Of a stretch of 64,000 nucleotides of DNA, positions 1 through 13,720 are shown in pieces. How positions within the stretch are numbered: the stretch's first letter is position 1; each line of letters begins with the position of its first letter. A model generated the notes under the pieces. It was not told the origin of the DNA, did not search any database, and saw only the letters and a program-made list of their open reading frames with translations. The position numbers and the translations under genes were made by a program. Source of the DNA: Vicugna vicugna (Eukaryota); NCBI GenBank assembly GCA_013265495.1, contig MU058384.1, positions 1,799,690 through 1,863,689 of the forward strand. Direction: 5' to 3'.

Positions 1-330
1 GATGTGGGCCAAACTGTTCTGGATCAGGAAAAGTCATACTGTTCACTTTCAAGGTGGCTGCCCCCCTCCCCCATATGTACAGACAATAATAGGGTGTGGA
101 ATGTCGTCAGTGGCAAACATTTCACAAATTTTTATTTTGTTTCTGTCTTCAACATTTTTGACACTGTGCTAATAGTTATATTCAGTACATGAAAAGATAC
201 TACTGTGTTGAAAGCTTTTTAGGAAATTTTGACAGTATTTTTGTACAAAACATTTTTTTGAAAAAATACTTGTTAATTTATTCTATTTTAATTTGCCAAT
301 GTCAATAAAAAGTTAAGAAATACTTGTTTT
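1..330 (+). other. Distal 3' UTR of an unidentified upstream protein-coding gene (transcript end)
   Basis: Repeat-free U-rich sequence with TGTA (242-245), AATAAA (304-309) and a downstream GU/U-rich tract (about 322-385). This is the canonical mammalian cleavage/polyadenylation layout. The gene itself is not identifiable from the window. Confidence 0.7.
304..309 (+). terminator. Polyadenylation signal AATAAA
   Basis: gtcAATAAAaagttaagaaa followed by cttgttttct...tttgggggtggtt...tttggtggctttt (GU-rich downstream element). Confidence 0.7.
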
Positions 331-3300
331 CTAGAAGTCATTTGGGGGTGGTTATTCCCTTTGGTGGCTTTCTTTTTTTCTCTTGAAGTTGAACACTTTA
401 TTAATGAGAGTAAGCATTCCAAGGGATAAATTACAGGACACTAAAACAGGTCATGATGAGCTTAAAGCGGAGAGTAGGATTTAACATAATTGGCATAATG
501 CTTCATTGTTATCACTGTAACATGCCTCTTGGTGTGGTTTAATCAAAAGCTGCAAACTTGTCAAAGAGCATTTTTTTCTTAATTGCCATCATATTCAAGT
601 GTACTCCAGAGTTAGAAAGGTTTGTAATATTAAATGTTATATTTTTTCATAAGGTGGGAGGGGAAAAATCAAGTGTTTCTGGTTATACCTGATTTTTAAA
701 TGGAGGTAGATTGGAATAATATACTGGAAGATTGATGAAGATGGCATTAAATATAAATCTACCTTTATCTCTAGTGACGACTTTTATTTCTCAGCAAAAG
801 TACTAAGGAGAAGCACACATTTAATAGCTTAATCTCTGAAAAATCTTCTGCCTAGTTTATAGTTCTAAGAGGAAAATGGGGTAGAATCCCACTGTAAGGC
901 TTTCTATTTTGTTCTCCTATACTACTTAAATTTTACTCAGCAAGGTTGATTCAAAGGTCAAATTACAATCTTCACAAAATACTCCCTCTCAAGCATGCCC
1001 GGTTTTCCAGAATTCTGAGCTTTTCCTGTTACAGGTATTGGGTGCAAAGGACATAAACGTTAAGATCCTTTTCTAATTTCACTCAAATGCATTATCAAGA
1101 AGGCAACCACAGTTAAGTAGGTGTCAAGTTTTGCCTTATATAATCAAGCAAAAGAAAAAGTAATGTTGTTAAAATCTCAAATGATCCCAGTTGGAAGAAG
1201 AAATTTTGCTTTCCCTGTCATGTTTTCCTAGCTTATCTTATAAGAGCAACATACCTATATCCATGAAAAAATAGCCTTTTGTATGTAACATACTGGAGGA
1301 GTACAGAAATGTAGGTTGAAGAAAATCTCACAAATAATCCTTTAAAAGAGCATTTCATTTAGACTCTTAAGATTCTAATCTTAAATCCCATATTTCATAA
1401 TAAAAAAATCAGGAGAGGAGGGCATACAGAAGTGTTAAATTACAGTGAGTCTGGCATCAAGGCTGATTTCAGTATAATTCAGATCACCTACATTCTATAA
1501 TTCTATTTCCAAGGCAGGTCATTAAAATTAAGATGCACACTCCACTGGGTTTTTTCCTACCTCTATAATTGACACTTTCTTATTAAAAATTATATTCTAG
1601 GTAAATTTATCTGAAAATACACCATCATTCAAAATTCTTCACCCCATTTTAAAAGCAGATCCATATTTCCCACATTAATAGTTAAAGCTGAAGTTTTCTT
1701 CAGCTAAGACATGTCAATACTAAATCTGCAATCAGCAGTAAATCTTCCTGGCTAAGCATTTTCACATTAAGTTTTCCTTTTTCCTTTTTCTTTTTTTTTT
1801 TCCCAGAGGCTCAAGTGAAAAAATATGTTTGCATACATATTAATAAAGCAATTCTAGTTCTTTTTCACTTGTGCCAGGAAAAAAAATAAAAGAAGAAGGC
1901 TATTGGAGGCATTGGGTTTTTTTGCATAAAGAAGCAAAAGAATTGCTTTGCCACCACCCTTCACCATTTATTCTGCCAGGGAATAAGCCACAACACCTGC
2001 TCTGTCACTAAATTCCTCCTGCTGCCCTAACGGCGGAACACGTATGTGGAGATGCAGAGCCCAAGGAACTATTATTAGATCCTGAGCCTATCTCTGCTAG
2101 AACAGAGGACTCAAACAGGAGCTGGGTTAAAAGCACAATTTCTCTTCAGTACAAATACAAACTCCCCTGTCTCCTTCATTTAAATGATCTCTATTTCATT
2201 AAAATTCTTTCCATGATCAAGAATTGAGCAGATTCTATGTGATATCTGCAGGTCTCTTAAGCAGAGAAAAATAACTCCTTGTTTGAACAACCTGATTAAT
2301 GAAACCTGTACAGTGACCTAGATCACCAGGCTACTGGCAGACATTTGCAAAACCTTTTGTGGTCTTGCTTCCTACTAAGTTGCTTATAGCATGTGGGGAA
2401 ATTTGACCTCTGTACCTTGGCTGTTTTTCAAAAAGTTCTAATATGGTACAAGAGAGCTTCTGTTCTTTAAGCTTTGCCTACAAACAGACACTCCACGCTT
2501 GATTTTCAAGAAGAGATCATTGATAAGCAAGAGCAAAATATCATAGAAACGTATCAGAAAAATAAGAACACATTAATAAAAAAAAATGTGTACCTCCATT
2601 GTGGCTGCTAAAATCCTGCTGGCAGTATCTTCGCTGGAGCTGATAAAGACATTACAGCTATGGATGGGTCTTTGAAGAACAGTTACCTAATCACCACTGT
2701 TTATGGGGTGCTAGGCTAGAGCACTAGTACCAGAAGGCTGACATCTATTGTGAAGTTTATGGTCTCCGTGACTTTTACTACTGTAAACTGGGATAACTAT
2801 AAATTGATGTCAACATTAAAGGCCAGATCCTTTACAGCAAAATATTAATCCACTAATCTACTATGGGTGGCCGGCTTTGAAATATAAACTTTGCAGGCCT
2901 GGACCATTAGGTGTTTTCGCCCCCTTGTGGAATTTATTTAGAAGGTCAAAGGAAAGCTGTTTGCTCAAGAGGCTTTTTATGTTTGTTTTATTGTTTGTTT
3001 TTTATCATTTCTGAAGACTTCATTTTCTTTCTTGAAGCAAGCAGCATATATTTGAGAAACAAATTTGCTATCAAAGAAGATTCCAAAATAAACACCCTTT
3101 ATGAAAATAGGACTATTTTACTTGCCAAAGACCTTAACTTATGATTAAATGCACATACTTGAAATTTGCCTCATACTTCAAAACAGGCATTGGCTAAGGA
3201 ATTTTCTTTATAAAAGGATAATGAGCAATGCTTTAGCCTGTTACTCTTCACTCTCACAACAGAACTGTTGATTTGGGATCAGTGCAAATCACAATGTATT

Positions 3301-5544
3301 TGATGGGAAGGGGTTGGAAAGGTGGAGGGAAGTCTCCAGGAATGCAGAATCCAATTATCTACATTGGAATGTGACCAAGCCACAGGTCCTAATCTTGTGA
3401 AAAGGGCCACAGGATGTTTAATGAGATTGAGCATTGTTGTCTAATTGATTCAGTAAAATTTACTTTAAAATGAACTTGGCAGATAACATTGTCTCCCCCC
3501 AAAAATAAATTTAGAATTTCAGGAATTTAGGACCCGAGCCATTGGCAATTTTCTCCTCTCCAACTATTGTTTTGGTAGCACAAAAGAGTTGGTATACACA
3601 GCCTCAGAGATGGTGTTCATCATTTTGGTGCTTATACCACTTACATCATCAGAATCAGAGCTCCCAGGCAGGTTGAAGCAAGAGACCGATAGGTAGTACA
3701 TCCAGTAACTTAGCCAGTGAACCCCTATTATCATGTGTTCTGTTTGTCTTTTCCCCTCAGAATAGAAGGAACAATGGGAATGTCAGAATTTTAATTGCAA
3801 TGGACTGGCTTAAATTACTTGACCTATTTTCATCCAGCACAGGGAAAAATGATTTTTTTTTCCTGGTAGCCATACATATAATTTAAATTGGAAAAAGAAA
3901 TATAAGGACTTTTTTTATTAAATAGTGTACTGTTCATAGTTTTAGTTTGCTTTACAGTAAATAAGACCCACCTTTATTTATCAAAAGAATGACACATGAA
4001 ATAAAGAATTTTTTCCCCTCTCAGGAAGACTTAAATTCTTAAGTAAAGCTAAATAATGAACTGAAAATATTCTGAGCTGTTGGTGTGAATTTCTATAGTA
4101 TATTGCTATTTATGAATGTAATAAGAGAAAAGCTAAGAGAAATAGTGGTCTACTGTTTTGAGGAACTGAATCCATGGTCATTGGGAAAGAGAACAGATAA
4201 TGACTTTTCTAGTGGCTGATCTTTATCAGTTGCTCCTTTCCCCAAGATGAGCTCTCAAGTTATCAGCCCCAGGAGCAGGTTGGTGGAGTTTCGAGAATTC
4301 TGCTTGGCTCAACCAAGACATACAGAATGAACTAGAGCAGACAAAAGACAAACGATGAGTATCATTACTTGCTTTACAGTAGTGGATTTTCATTAGCTGA
4401 ACTAATCTGAAAGATTAGTGAGGCAGGGCACAACGTGGGGTGAGGATAGTGGCTCACAGGATTCCTGGAATTTTCCCATGGCATCACCATTGTGCTCTGC
4501 CTTGAAATCCTTCCCTTTCTTCTCTCCAGTCCCTTGATTACATTTTGGGTTGCTGGACAAAGCAGACAAGGAATTCTGGCTCCAGAGCAGCCTGTAGCAA
4601 GACCAGGTAGGTGTGGCTGTCCTTGCAGGAGATATGCAAATAGGCGAGTGGCTTCTGAAAAGTTAATAGTGCTGCAAGAATCCTACCAATCCATTCTGAA
4701 TGTAGGGTAGGGACCAAGCTTTAGGCTTGAGTGAAAGTCAAACTAGTATAAATCAGAAAAAGTTGTCAGAGGACAGCCAGCTCCAGCTTGTAATATTATT
4801 TTGTGAACACTTGTAGGAGATAGCAGGCCAGAGTGAAGGAAATGTGATCAAGCCTATTGAAGTCTTTCCTCTTTGTGTCTCCCAAGGGACTGGTATAAAA
4901 TTTCGCCTTGTTTCTTTTAAGCAGCTTGGCCATAGAGCTTTTTTTTTTAAACTTCTGGTAACCAACCAAGGAAAAAATTGTCCTTGCCTTCCTGACAGTT
5001 AATATCTCCATGCTGACAAACTCATAGTACTTAAATTGTGCATAAAAATCCATAGGTCATCTTGTAAATATTGCCCCATTACATTTATTTGGGATGATTC
5101 TTTGAAGGAGGACAAGCAGGATGACGGCTTGTTCCATATTTCTTCTCTTTACCCAATGTGTTTAGCAAAATATGTAAACTTTCTTAGGCCCCTTAGTCTG
5201 ACACCACGTTTTAGAGCAATGATGCTTAGCTAGGTGAGGCTACCCAACTAGAAGGCAGATCAGAATGGAGAGAGGGCAGAAGAGGGCAGTACCTTGAAAA
5301 AAAAATACTCCATATTATTATATACTTAGGGAAAGTGCTTAAATGCATTGTAAGCTCAGTAGAACATAATGTAGAAGACTTCTTTTTTTAATCTAAACTA
5401 ATGGGGCATGGATTTTAAAATGGTGAGAAACACTGTTTAGTCTACCTGGGACCAAATCAGATAAATGTACCTGTCAGCCAGCATTACTTAAAAAAATCAT
5501 TTTGTTGATTCCAGTTTCCTGTGGCTGGGCTGGTTTTGCTAAGC

Positions 5545-5750
5545 ACCTGCGACATGGCAGGCATTGTGGTAAGCACTTCAAATACATAATCTTATTTAAT
5601 CCTCACAATATTCTTGCAAGGTACATGTCATTATTTCAATTACAGATAAGGAAACTGATACACAGAGAGGAAGTAAATTGCTCAAGGGCAAAACAGCCAG
5701 TAGGAGACTGAGTGGCTTTACAGATCTAGTTCCCAAGACAATGTTCTTTC
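5545..5750 (-). mobile_element. MIR SINE
   Basis: MIR core in reverse orientation: tatttaatcctcacaa...ttacagataaggaaactga...agagagg.agtaaattgctcaagg. Confidence 0.8.
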
Positions 5751-6481
5751 TAATACATAACACTGTTGTTCTAAATCAATTGTTGTAAGATGACCAGACA
5801 ATTTAATAAGAGTGCTTCAAGGGAAAAACCCACTACACTAACACATACAAATTATAAAGTATACTAATATAACTATGACATGTATATATCCATGTAATTA
5901 GATACCGCTTCCTTTTGGCATTCACAAGATTTGGGTCTGCGCTTTTTCAAACCCATTCTACAGATTCTTAAGGGTGGCCCCTGAGGGTGCAAGAGTAGCA
6001 TCAGTGCTGAATCTACCTGACCCCTTCTTAACACCTTCACTGCTTTAGCTCTTCAAGTCAAATCAAAGAACACCAGTGATTTAAATTGCAATTTTGATTT
6101 TTTTTCTTCTTTGAATTACATATTGCTGGATAGCAAATATTTTCTTTCAGAAATTAAGCCAACAGCTTTGATTTGTCAATTCTATAATCTATTAAATGAA
6201 AATGTCAGTAGCTTATGTCTCCCATGTAAAGACGACCACATCACAACCTGAAACACTGTCTGGAAGCAACTATGATTTAGCATTGATTATAAGATTCAGG
6301 CTGATTTCAGAATATTAGTATGTGAAAAAATGAACATCTTAGAATAAAAAAAAACAGTATTTAGTTACTTTACACTTAAATAATCTTCCTCAATCTATCT
6401 AAACTTTCTTGATGTAGGTGTAAGCCCACTTTCTCTTGCTTTGATCTTCTGCTGAAACGGAGAACCCTTTCATTAAGAGTT

Positions 6482-6600
6482 GGAGTAAAAAGAATAGTAG
6501 ATCAGGAGTGAAAACCGTGAGTTGTAGCCTTCGCTCTGCAACCAAATAGCTGGGTAATTTAAGCACATTGGCTCAAGTTTCTCCATCAATAAAACGAAAG
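6482..6600 (+). mobile_element. MIR SINE fragment
   Basis: gagttgtagccttcgctctgcaaccaaatagctgggtaattt...caagtttctccatc resembles the MIR 5'/core region. Confidence 0.55.
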
Positions 6601-8329
6601 TGTATGTTTAATTAATACATCCTGTATTCAAGTTCTCACGAAGGAAACAAACTCATGCCTATCATTTTCCTCCTTTGGCAAGCTGGAGTAAAATATAATA
6701 AAACTCCTTTAAAACCTTTATATCATGTCTTGCCATTCTTTTTTCAAGCTAACTGTGAGCCTGGGGGTGTGCCACCGACCTGACCCAGTTGGGTCAACTC
6801 TCCTAGGACTGAAATCATGTTTGTAAACGTTCCCCTTCATTGTCAAAATGCCTATAAGTGTTGGCTACTGAGATTTCCCTATCTGTAAGCAAATGCCAAA
6901 AAAATTACCACCCACAAAATATTTCTAGTACATGTATTTGCAAGGATACGGGAGACTATGTAACATTCTTTGCTGATGCAATGGTTTAAAATACACACAT
7001 ATATCTTACTGAAAATAATTTGATCAGGTCTATATTTCAGATTCGGTTCTATTTCTTACAGATTAATTTTATTTTTCCAACCTCATAAATAAGACACTCA
7101 AATATTTGAGCTCTTTCCTTCACAACCCTTCCTGAACCACAATCATCATAATCATTGTTTACTTTCTCAAAGAGACAATCCTATACACAATGCTAAAGTA
7201 GAGGAACCTAGCAGGCCTTAAATATTGGAAATTGGTCCTGAAGAGCTGTCAAGGAGGGAAGAGGCACAAGTCTATGCCCATTTATTTCTCTTTCCTCAAC
7301 TTCCCAACACACAGTCTCTTTGTTTTACACCACCACATTCCTCCAGTATGGGGAATCAGATATTTAGCCAGATGACAAACTAATAGATTAGTTAAAAAAA
7401 ACAAAAAAAAACTTATACAGAGGAAACCATACAGCATAATATGTAACCAACCAAGAAATAATTCTTAACTGACTGTAAAAGTAATGTAGCTAAAGAACCA
7501 TGATATTATTACAATAAAATATTTGTTCCTTTCACTAGTTGGCCACTAGATGTAGCTGAAGGTCTTTAAGTCCATATTTGCATTTTTCCCTCCTGAGCAA
7601 CTCCTGAAAAGACCATAGTGTCACATGCCTAAAGAAATTGCCCTCTGCCACTGTTGTTCAATTTATTGACACATAAAAATACCTCATGTGACCTATTATA
7701 TAACCCTCAAAATTAAAGACAAGCTGAGGCACTTCTCCAACACTCTGCCCAGGCACCATTGCTCACTATGCGCAAACAAAAATTGGAAATTGACAAAAAG
7801 GGGGTCTTTGAATTCAGGAAGAGTGTCTTCCCTTTTCAAAGTGCTCTCATCCTGCTTTCCATTCACTCAGGTACCAGTGGTTCAATTTTCTGCCCTGCTG
7901 GGGACATTTATATCTTAAAAAGGAAAACCTACAGAGAGTACAGCATTTAAACTAAAGGAATCAATTTTGAATGGTAGGATTTTGTGCATCAATCAGAAAG
8001 AGATTGCAAGGTTGTCCAGCCTTTCTCTATGTTTCTTAGACCCTTAAATCATTCACCTCTCCTGTTTCTCCTCTTGCCTCTCAAGCCTGTCCAGTTCAAT
8101 GTCTGACATAGGCCTTTTGCTCTTACCTTAACATTGGTGTTGGCCAGCCTTCTTCCCTCACCTCGCTAGCCAATTCCATCAACCCTTTAGAGTTCTGATA
8201 CAACGTAAATACCAAGGATTCCAAAATCCACATCCCCAGGCCCAACCTCCTTCCCAAGCTCTGCCAGCTACTGAACTAACACAAATATACACACACTGAC
8301 TTCTGATAAGCATTTAAACACAGCATGTC

Positions 8330-8507
8330 AATGAAAAAGAATATGAAAATAAATATATTTACATATATGTATGACAGCACTATTGTGCTGTACACCAGAA
8401 GTCAACACATTGTAAACTGACTACACTTCAATTTAAATATATATATATATATATATATGTATGTAAAACAGCTGAAATAAAGAACAACAAAAACAACAAC
8501 AAAAAAA
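8330..8507 (+). mobile_element. 5'-truncated lineage-specific (camelid-type) L1 3' end with TSD
   Basis: tgctgtacaccagaa...cacattgtaaactgactacacttcaat 3' UTR, a (TA)n/A-rich tail, and a 10-bp TSD acagcatgtc at 8320-8329 and 8508-8517. Confidence 0.85.
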
Positions 8508-8848
8508 ACAGCATGTCCAAAACTGCATTCAGTCTTCTGTCTCCTCAACCCTCTGTGTTCCCATCCCTGGTTAACAGAACATTCATCCAAACATTCAAGC
8601 CAGAAATCTTATTCATCACCAGCCCTCACAAATCTAATTGGTCAATACATTCAATAAGTTTGCCCTGCTGTCCCTCTGATTAAAATGAGTTTTCCTTCTC
8701 AAATCTCCAGTAGGTCTTTGTCAGAACTTGCTTCTTCAAGGACTGCACTAGTTAAAATGGAAAGCCACCTCCTGCTGTTCCCCCTGGCATTCCCAATTCC
8801 TTTAATGTTACTCAGTTTTTCTCCAGAGCACTCATGGTGATTTTCATA

Positions 8849-9361
8849 TGTGTCTAGAAAGTCTTAGATACTCATCCCATCAAAAGGTGGCATCTAGGTC
8901 TCCTCCTTGAATCTGCTGCAGGACTTTGGAGACTGAGTCAGAAAAGACCATGCAGCCTCCTCCTGGTTCTCTTGGGACGTTCACCTCGGGAGCCCTGAGC
9001 TGCAGTAGAAGCCAAGTCTCCTGAGGCTGTCATGCTATAAGGAAGCCAGGCCACATGGAAGGGCCATGAGTAAGTGCTTCCACCATTAGCACCTGCTGAG
9101 GTTCCCAGTGGACAGCCAGTAACAGCCTCCAATGTGAGTGAAGACGCCTCCATGTGCTTCCATTCTCCAGCTATTGAATTGCCCTTAGCTGTTGAGTCCT
9201 TCCAGCTGAGGCCCCTTCTAGCTGAGACAGTAGACATTATGGAGCAAAGAAAAACCACATTACTGGTATCCCTTCTGAATTCCAGTCCCACAGAATCCAG
9301 GAGCATCATAAAAATGGTAAGTTTTGAGGTGATTTGATAGGTAACTGTTGTAACTGAATAG
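8849..9361 (+). mobile_element. ERVL-MaLR LTR (MLT1 family)
   Basis: MLT1-like motifs: aaaagaccatgcagcctcc, ggaagccaggccacatggaagggcc, ctgaattccagtcccacagaatc, and terminal gttttgaggtgatttg...taactgaata. Confidence 0.75.
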
Positions 9362-11419
9362 CACTTAATCACCATCTCACACAATACACACATATTCCAA
9401 CTATTTCTTGACTTCTGTCCCTACTTTATAAGCTTCATGAGAATAGGAATTTTTGTCTACTTTGTTTTTTGTATCTAGAATAGTGGTACATGGTAGGTGC
9501 TCAATCAATCCTTGTTGAATAAGTGAATGAGTCAAGAAGTGAACGAACTAATTTCATCTTTATTGTATCACTCTTCTCTCTATCCCTTCCTATTGTCTTA
9601 GTTCAGACATTATTTCTTACCTAGACTGCAATAGCTTCCTATCTGGTCTCACTCCTTCCCATTTTACTCCCTACCATCCATGCTTCATGCTTCAGGAAGA
9701 GTATTTTTAAATATAGATTTGAACCTGTTGACTAGACCAATTGAAATGGTTAATTTAGACAGTCATGTTTATACCAGAATGACCCTGTCTCTCACTGACA
9801 CAGCAGATTGGACCATGGCCAGATAGTTCTCTGAAGGCTAGCACACTGGCTGGCCAGGAAAATTACAGCCAAGAAACAGGGACATCATAGTCAGATCATG
9901 GTGGTGCTTAAACTGAAATTATCTCGAATTGAACCTAAGATGTCCTTTTGGGGCCAAATACTCATACTGAAGACCAGAGAAACAAGCTTGCAGAAGTCAA
10001 CAGGAAAGTGGAACACCTGCTCAGAACAAAGCAATACTAAGAGACCATATGACTCCCAAATACAGATGGAAAGAGACGGTGCATCTGTTCTTGGCAGCTT
10101 TTTCATTCCCCAACTCAGCACCCATCACACCCAGCTATCAGCTGTATGTAGTTCGTATGAAATATACACAAACTTTTTCTTTATTTGCTCTAACTTGAGT
10201 GATTTTAAGCTGAACACCCATTCCATTACTCTGTGCTTTTGCATGTGTGATTCCCTCTGCCTGGAAGGCCCTTTTCATCTTCATCCCTTGTTGAAGTGTC
10301 CTTCAAAATCTACCTCAAGTATCTTCCTCTCTGAGAGACCTTCTTGTATGACTCCCTACACTATGGCACCCCTATACATGACAGATACCTCTATTTATTT
10401 GTATTTATCAGACAGTACTACAATTGTTTAGTGATAAGCTCCTCTCTCATACTTTGCAATTATATCTATTAAGAAATTCCCAGCCTTGGGCAATGGAAAT
10501 CCTGACACAGGTTAAAACCATAGAGATGTATTATCCACCCTAAGACAATGGTAGAGAAGACTCCAAGATTGGTTATAATTCTCTGATTTAATCATGTCAA
10601 CAAGGGCTTTGGGTTCCTTTCATCTCTTTATTGGGCTATCCTCAGTGTTGGCCTCACCTTGGACTGGTGACAGGTGACATTAGCAGAACTTACATGACGT
10701 ATGGACCCAACAATGTCCAAAAGAATGACTGTCTCTTTCTGTGGCATTTTTTTTTCTTAAAGGGAAAAGAAAACTTCTTAAAAGTATTCCTTCCCTCATA
10801 TATCGTGTCACACTCCCTTCTCTGAGCCAACCGTTGGGACTGGTTTTACCAGGGAGTGGAATTAGCACAACTGACTTAAACTGAACACCTGGGGTGGAGT
10901 AGGCAGATACTGAACGAGCAACTTCATCACTAGAAGAGTTATAAGCTAAGCTGACCCTTTCTAAAATTTTTGTTTCAAGGCATGGATTTTTTTGCTGGAT
11001 CTGAAGAGCACTACTTTTAAAGTTTTTATATTTTCAAGTAAGTCTTATCAAATAATAAAGATGTATAACCAACAAAATTATATTATAAATCATGCAGAAC
11101 AGGTTTATTTGATAAAGTTTGAAATGCCTTTTGTAAAGTGACATTTGTTAATATAAATAAATATCCTCTTAAAAAGAAATATATAATCATTATGTCTTCA
11201 TTTCTGGCCCTTCAGAAATTCCCTTGTTAATATGATTAATCAACAATTTCTATGAACCAAGAAAATCATGTACATGTTGGCAGGTGATTAATCTCAGTGC
11301 AAAATGAAGAGAACCTAATATTTATGAACAAATTGCTGATAGCTATGTGGTCTCTTTCCATGATAAAACACATTCTCCATATGCCAAAGCCAAAAACGAA
11401 TACAAAATTAGTCTGGTAA

Positions 11420-11699
11420 ACTCAGACATAGAAAACGCACTTATGGTTTCCAGGGAGAAAGGGGGTGGGAAGGGATAAATTGGAAGTTCGAGATTTACAG
11501 ATACACTCTACTATATATAAAATAGATAAACAACAAGTTTATACTGTATAGCACAGGGAACTATATTCAATATCTTGTAATAACCTTTAATGAAAAAGAA
11601 TATGAAAAGGAATATATTTATCTATATGTGTGGCTGAAGCATTATGCTGTACACCAGAAATTGACACACCATTGTAAACTGACTATACTTCAATTTACA
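11420..11699 (+). mobile_element. 5'-truncated lineage-specific L1 3' UTR with TSD
   Basis: gggataaattggaagttcgagattt...ctgtatagcacagggaactatattcaatatcttgtaataacc...tgctgtacaccagaaattgacac. 16-bp TSD aaaattagtct(g/a)gtaa at 11404-11419 and 11700-11715. Confidence 0.9.
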
Positions 11700-12487
11700 A
11701 AAATTAGTCTAGTAAGATTGAAATAGGGAATAAAAGAAATCTACTACCTGATATCCTTTGTTCTATCCACTCATTACTTGTCCTACCCTTCCACAAAGTG
11801 CCCTTTTTCCATTCCAGCAATTTGTCCACATAAGAACTTCCCAGATCTTACTTGATGACCCAGTTAGATTCAGCTGGACTAATCATCATAACTTATCCAC
11901 CTGGCTGCAGCCGATTGGTCCATGGATACACCTGACTCAATAAAAACCTTACCCAGGGAGTCTTTAACATAAAAATAGAAAGATAAAAATTTAATTTTTC
12001 TCTAGTGATGAAACTATGAGCCTGGAAACTGCCATTAGCTTTACTTCTGGCTGTGTGGAAGGGGCTAATCTGGAAGAGTAAAGAACATGAAGAGAGAAGC
12101 AGAGACAAAAAAGTGATTTACTACTATCTGAGTCCCTCAGGTCTAATTGCAACTTTGCCTTTCCTGAAGTTTGATTACATGAGACAATTCATTTTCCTGT
12201 TCCAGAACTAATTTGTGTTGGGTTCAATCACATGAAACAAAATCATCCTGACTAATACATACTAACACAAGTTTCATCACCACTAAAAAACAAATGTTTC
12301 ATTGAAATACGTTTGGGGGAACTTTATTATACACCTACACTAGTGAGTAATGTAAAAATGATCTTTTCTATGAAGAATGTGAGGTACATAAAGTGTCGAT
12401 ATTAAAATTCACTTTTTTTCCCTCCTCAGATACAGTTTCTAGGATCCTCTTGCACCAACATTACAATGAACAATGGACAGTGTGATG

Positions 12488-12888
12488 TGTGATGTGCTGC
12501 CCAGATTGTTCTTCAGGACTGAAGAACTTATTCCCTCAGTTACTCAGAATGCTGCCAGCAGAGCCCACCAATGACAACCCTCTTTCAGAATTCCTGGTCA
12601 CTTTGCCCAAGGTCATGTCCCTTTCCCCAGGCAGCCTGCCTCCAATGACTGGGAAAAAGACCTGGCTCTCTCACTCCAACTCAGAACAACTCTGAAAGGC
12701 CATCCTAGCTTCAGAGCATGAGGACTTCATTCAGGCTGCATCACAGCCCATCTTCTCCTTCTGCTCTGTCTGCTTCCTGCCTCTTCCTTCCATAGGCATT
12801 GTCTCCATCAGCACTGCCTGATCAACTCCCAGCATGGAGATGTTAGTCTCCATCTCAGAGGCCACCCTCTAAGAAACCTGCCCTGCAA
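12488..12888 (+). mobile_element. ERVL LTR (LTR16-like) solo LTR
   Basis: tgtgatgtgctgcccagat...tttgcccaaggtcatgtccc...cagcctgcctccaatgactgg...ctccatctcagag...aacctgccctgcaa matches my recollection of LTR16-family architecture. Confidence 0.65.
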
Positions 12889-13559
12889 GGTGGTGCTTTT
12901 CAAAAATTATCAAACCATAAAAACATTATGTGGTTGTAAGAAAAATTCAGTTACTATTCAATGACTTCTTAAATTTTCCTAGCACTTTGTGAACAATAGA
13001 AGACAGAATAAAAGTATAAGGCGTATCTCCTACCCTTAAGGAACTCACAGTCTCATTGGAGACATGCAATTTAAGCAGTCATCTTCATATCGCTCAGCAA
13101 TGTGCTTAAATGAAGAAGACTACAATTGGCATATAGGGTATTATTCATAAATATTCATTGAATAAATGAGTGAAAGAGTGAGTGAACGAATAGGAAGAGA
13201 TACATGTGAGCTGGGATAGACCATGAAATGTATTTGAGGCCCAGCCACATTTACAACAGTCACTTTTTTTTTATTCCTTAGCCCACCCACTTTACCATCT
13301 TCTACTTTTCACATCAAATTATAGAAGAATCAACCAAAGCAAAATACAAAATCCTGCTAGGAACTTTGCTTCAGTTTGGAACAGTTCTTAGGGAAAAAAG
13401 CTTGTCCTTTTCCCATATTCCAGAATCTAATTTTTCACACACTTTAAATGGCCAATGTGGACCAACTCCATTCCCACCTCATAAGTGGTCTGTGGAGAAA
13501 GAGGGCTCTTCTGGAGTCAGCAATGATCAAATCAACATTGACCATCTCTGACATCACTA

Positions 13560-13720
13560 TAGCGTTTTACAGACATCAGCTTTTCCTTATTTTATCCTCA
13601 CATCATCCTGGGAGGTAGGAAAGGTAAATATCATTGTGTCCATCTTTCACAGATGGAGAAATTGAAGTGCAGAGGTCCTACATCTTAGAGGTGGGGTTAA
13701 CTAAAGTCTTCTGACTCCCA
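13560..13720 (-). mobile_element. MIR SINE
   Basis: tttatcctcacatcatcctgggaggtagg...tttcacagatggagaaattgaagtgcagagg, reverse MIR core. Confidence 0.7.

Larger units (their letters stand above)
8180..9545 (+). mobile_element. L2 LINE remnant interrupted by a young L1 fragment and an MLT1 LTR
   Basis: L2-like gattccaaaatccacatccccaggcccaacctcc, and the diagnostic L2 3' end gtaggtgctcaatcaatccttgttgaataagtgaatgag at about 9492-9531. Confidence 0.7.

Noticed and set aside
1..330. Gene symbol for the upstream 3' UTR
   Set aside because: It looks like a conserved UTR but I cannot identify it reliably, so it is left unnamed.
8938..9393. 151-aa minus-strand ORF
   Set aside because: Lies almost entirely within an MLT1 LTR; a chance ORF.
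9898..10431. Longest ORF in the track (177 aa)
   Set aside because: No recognisable domain, it runs through degraded LTR/L2-like sequence, and there is no splice or promoter context.
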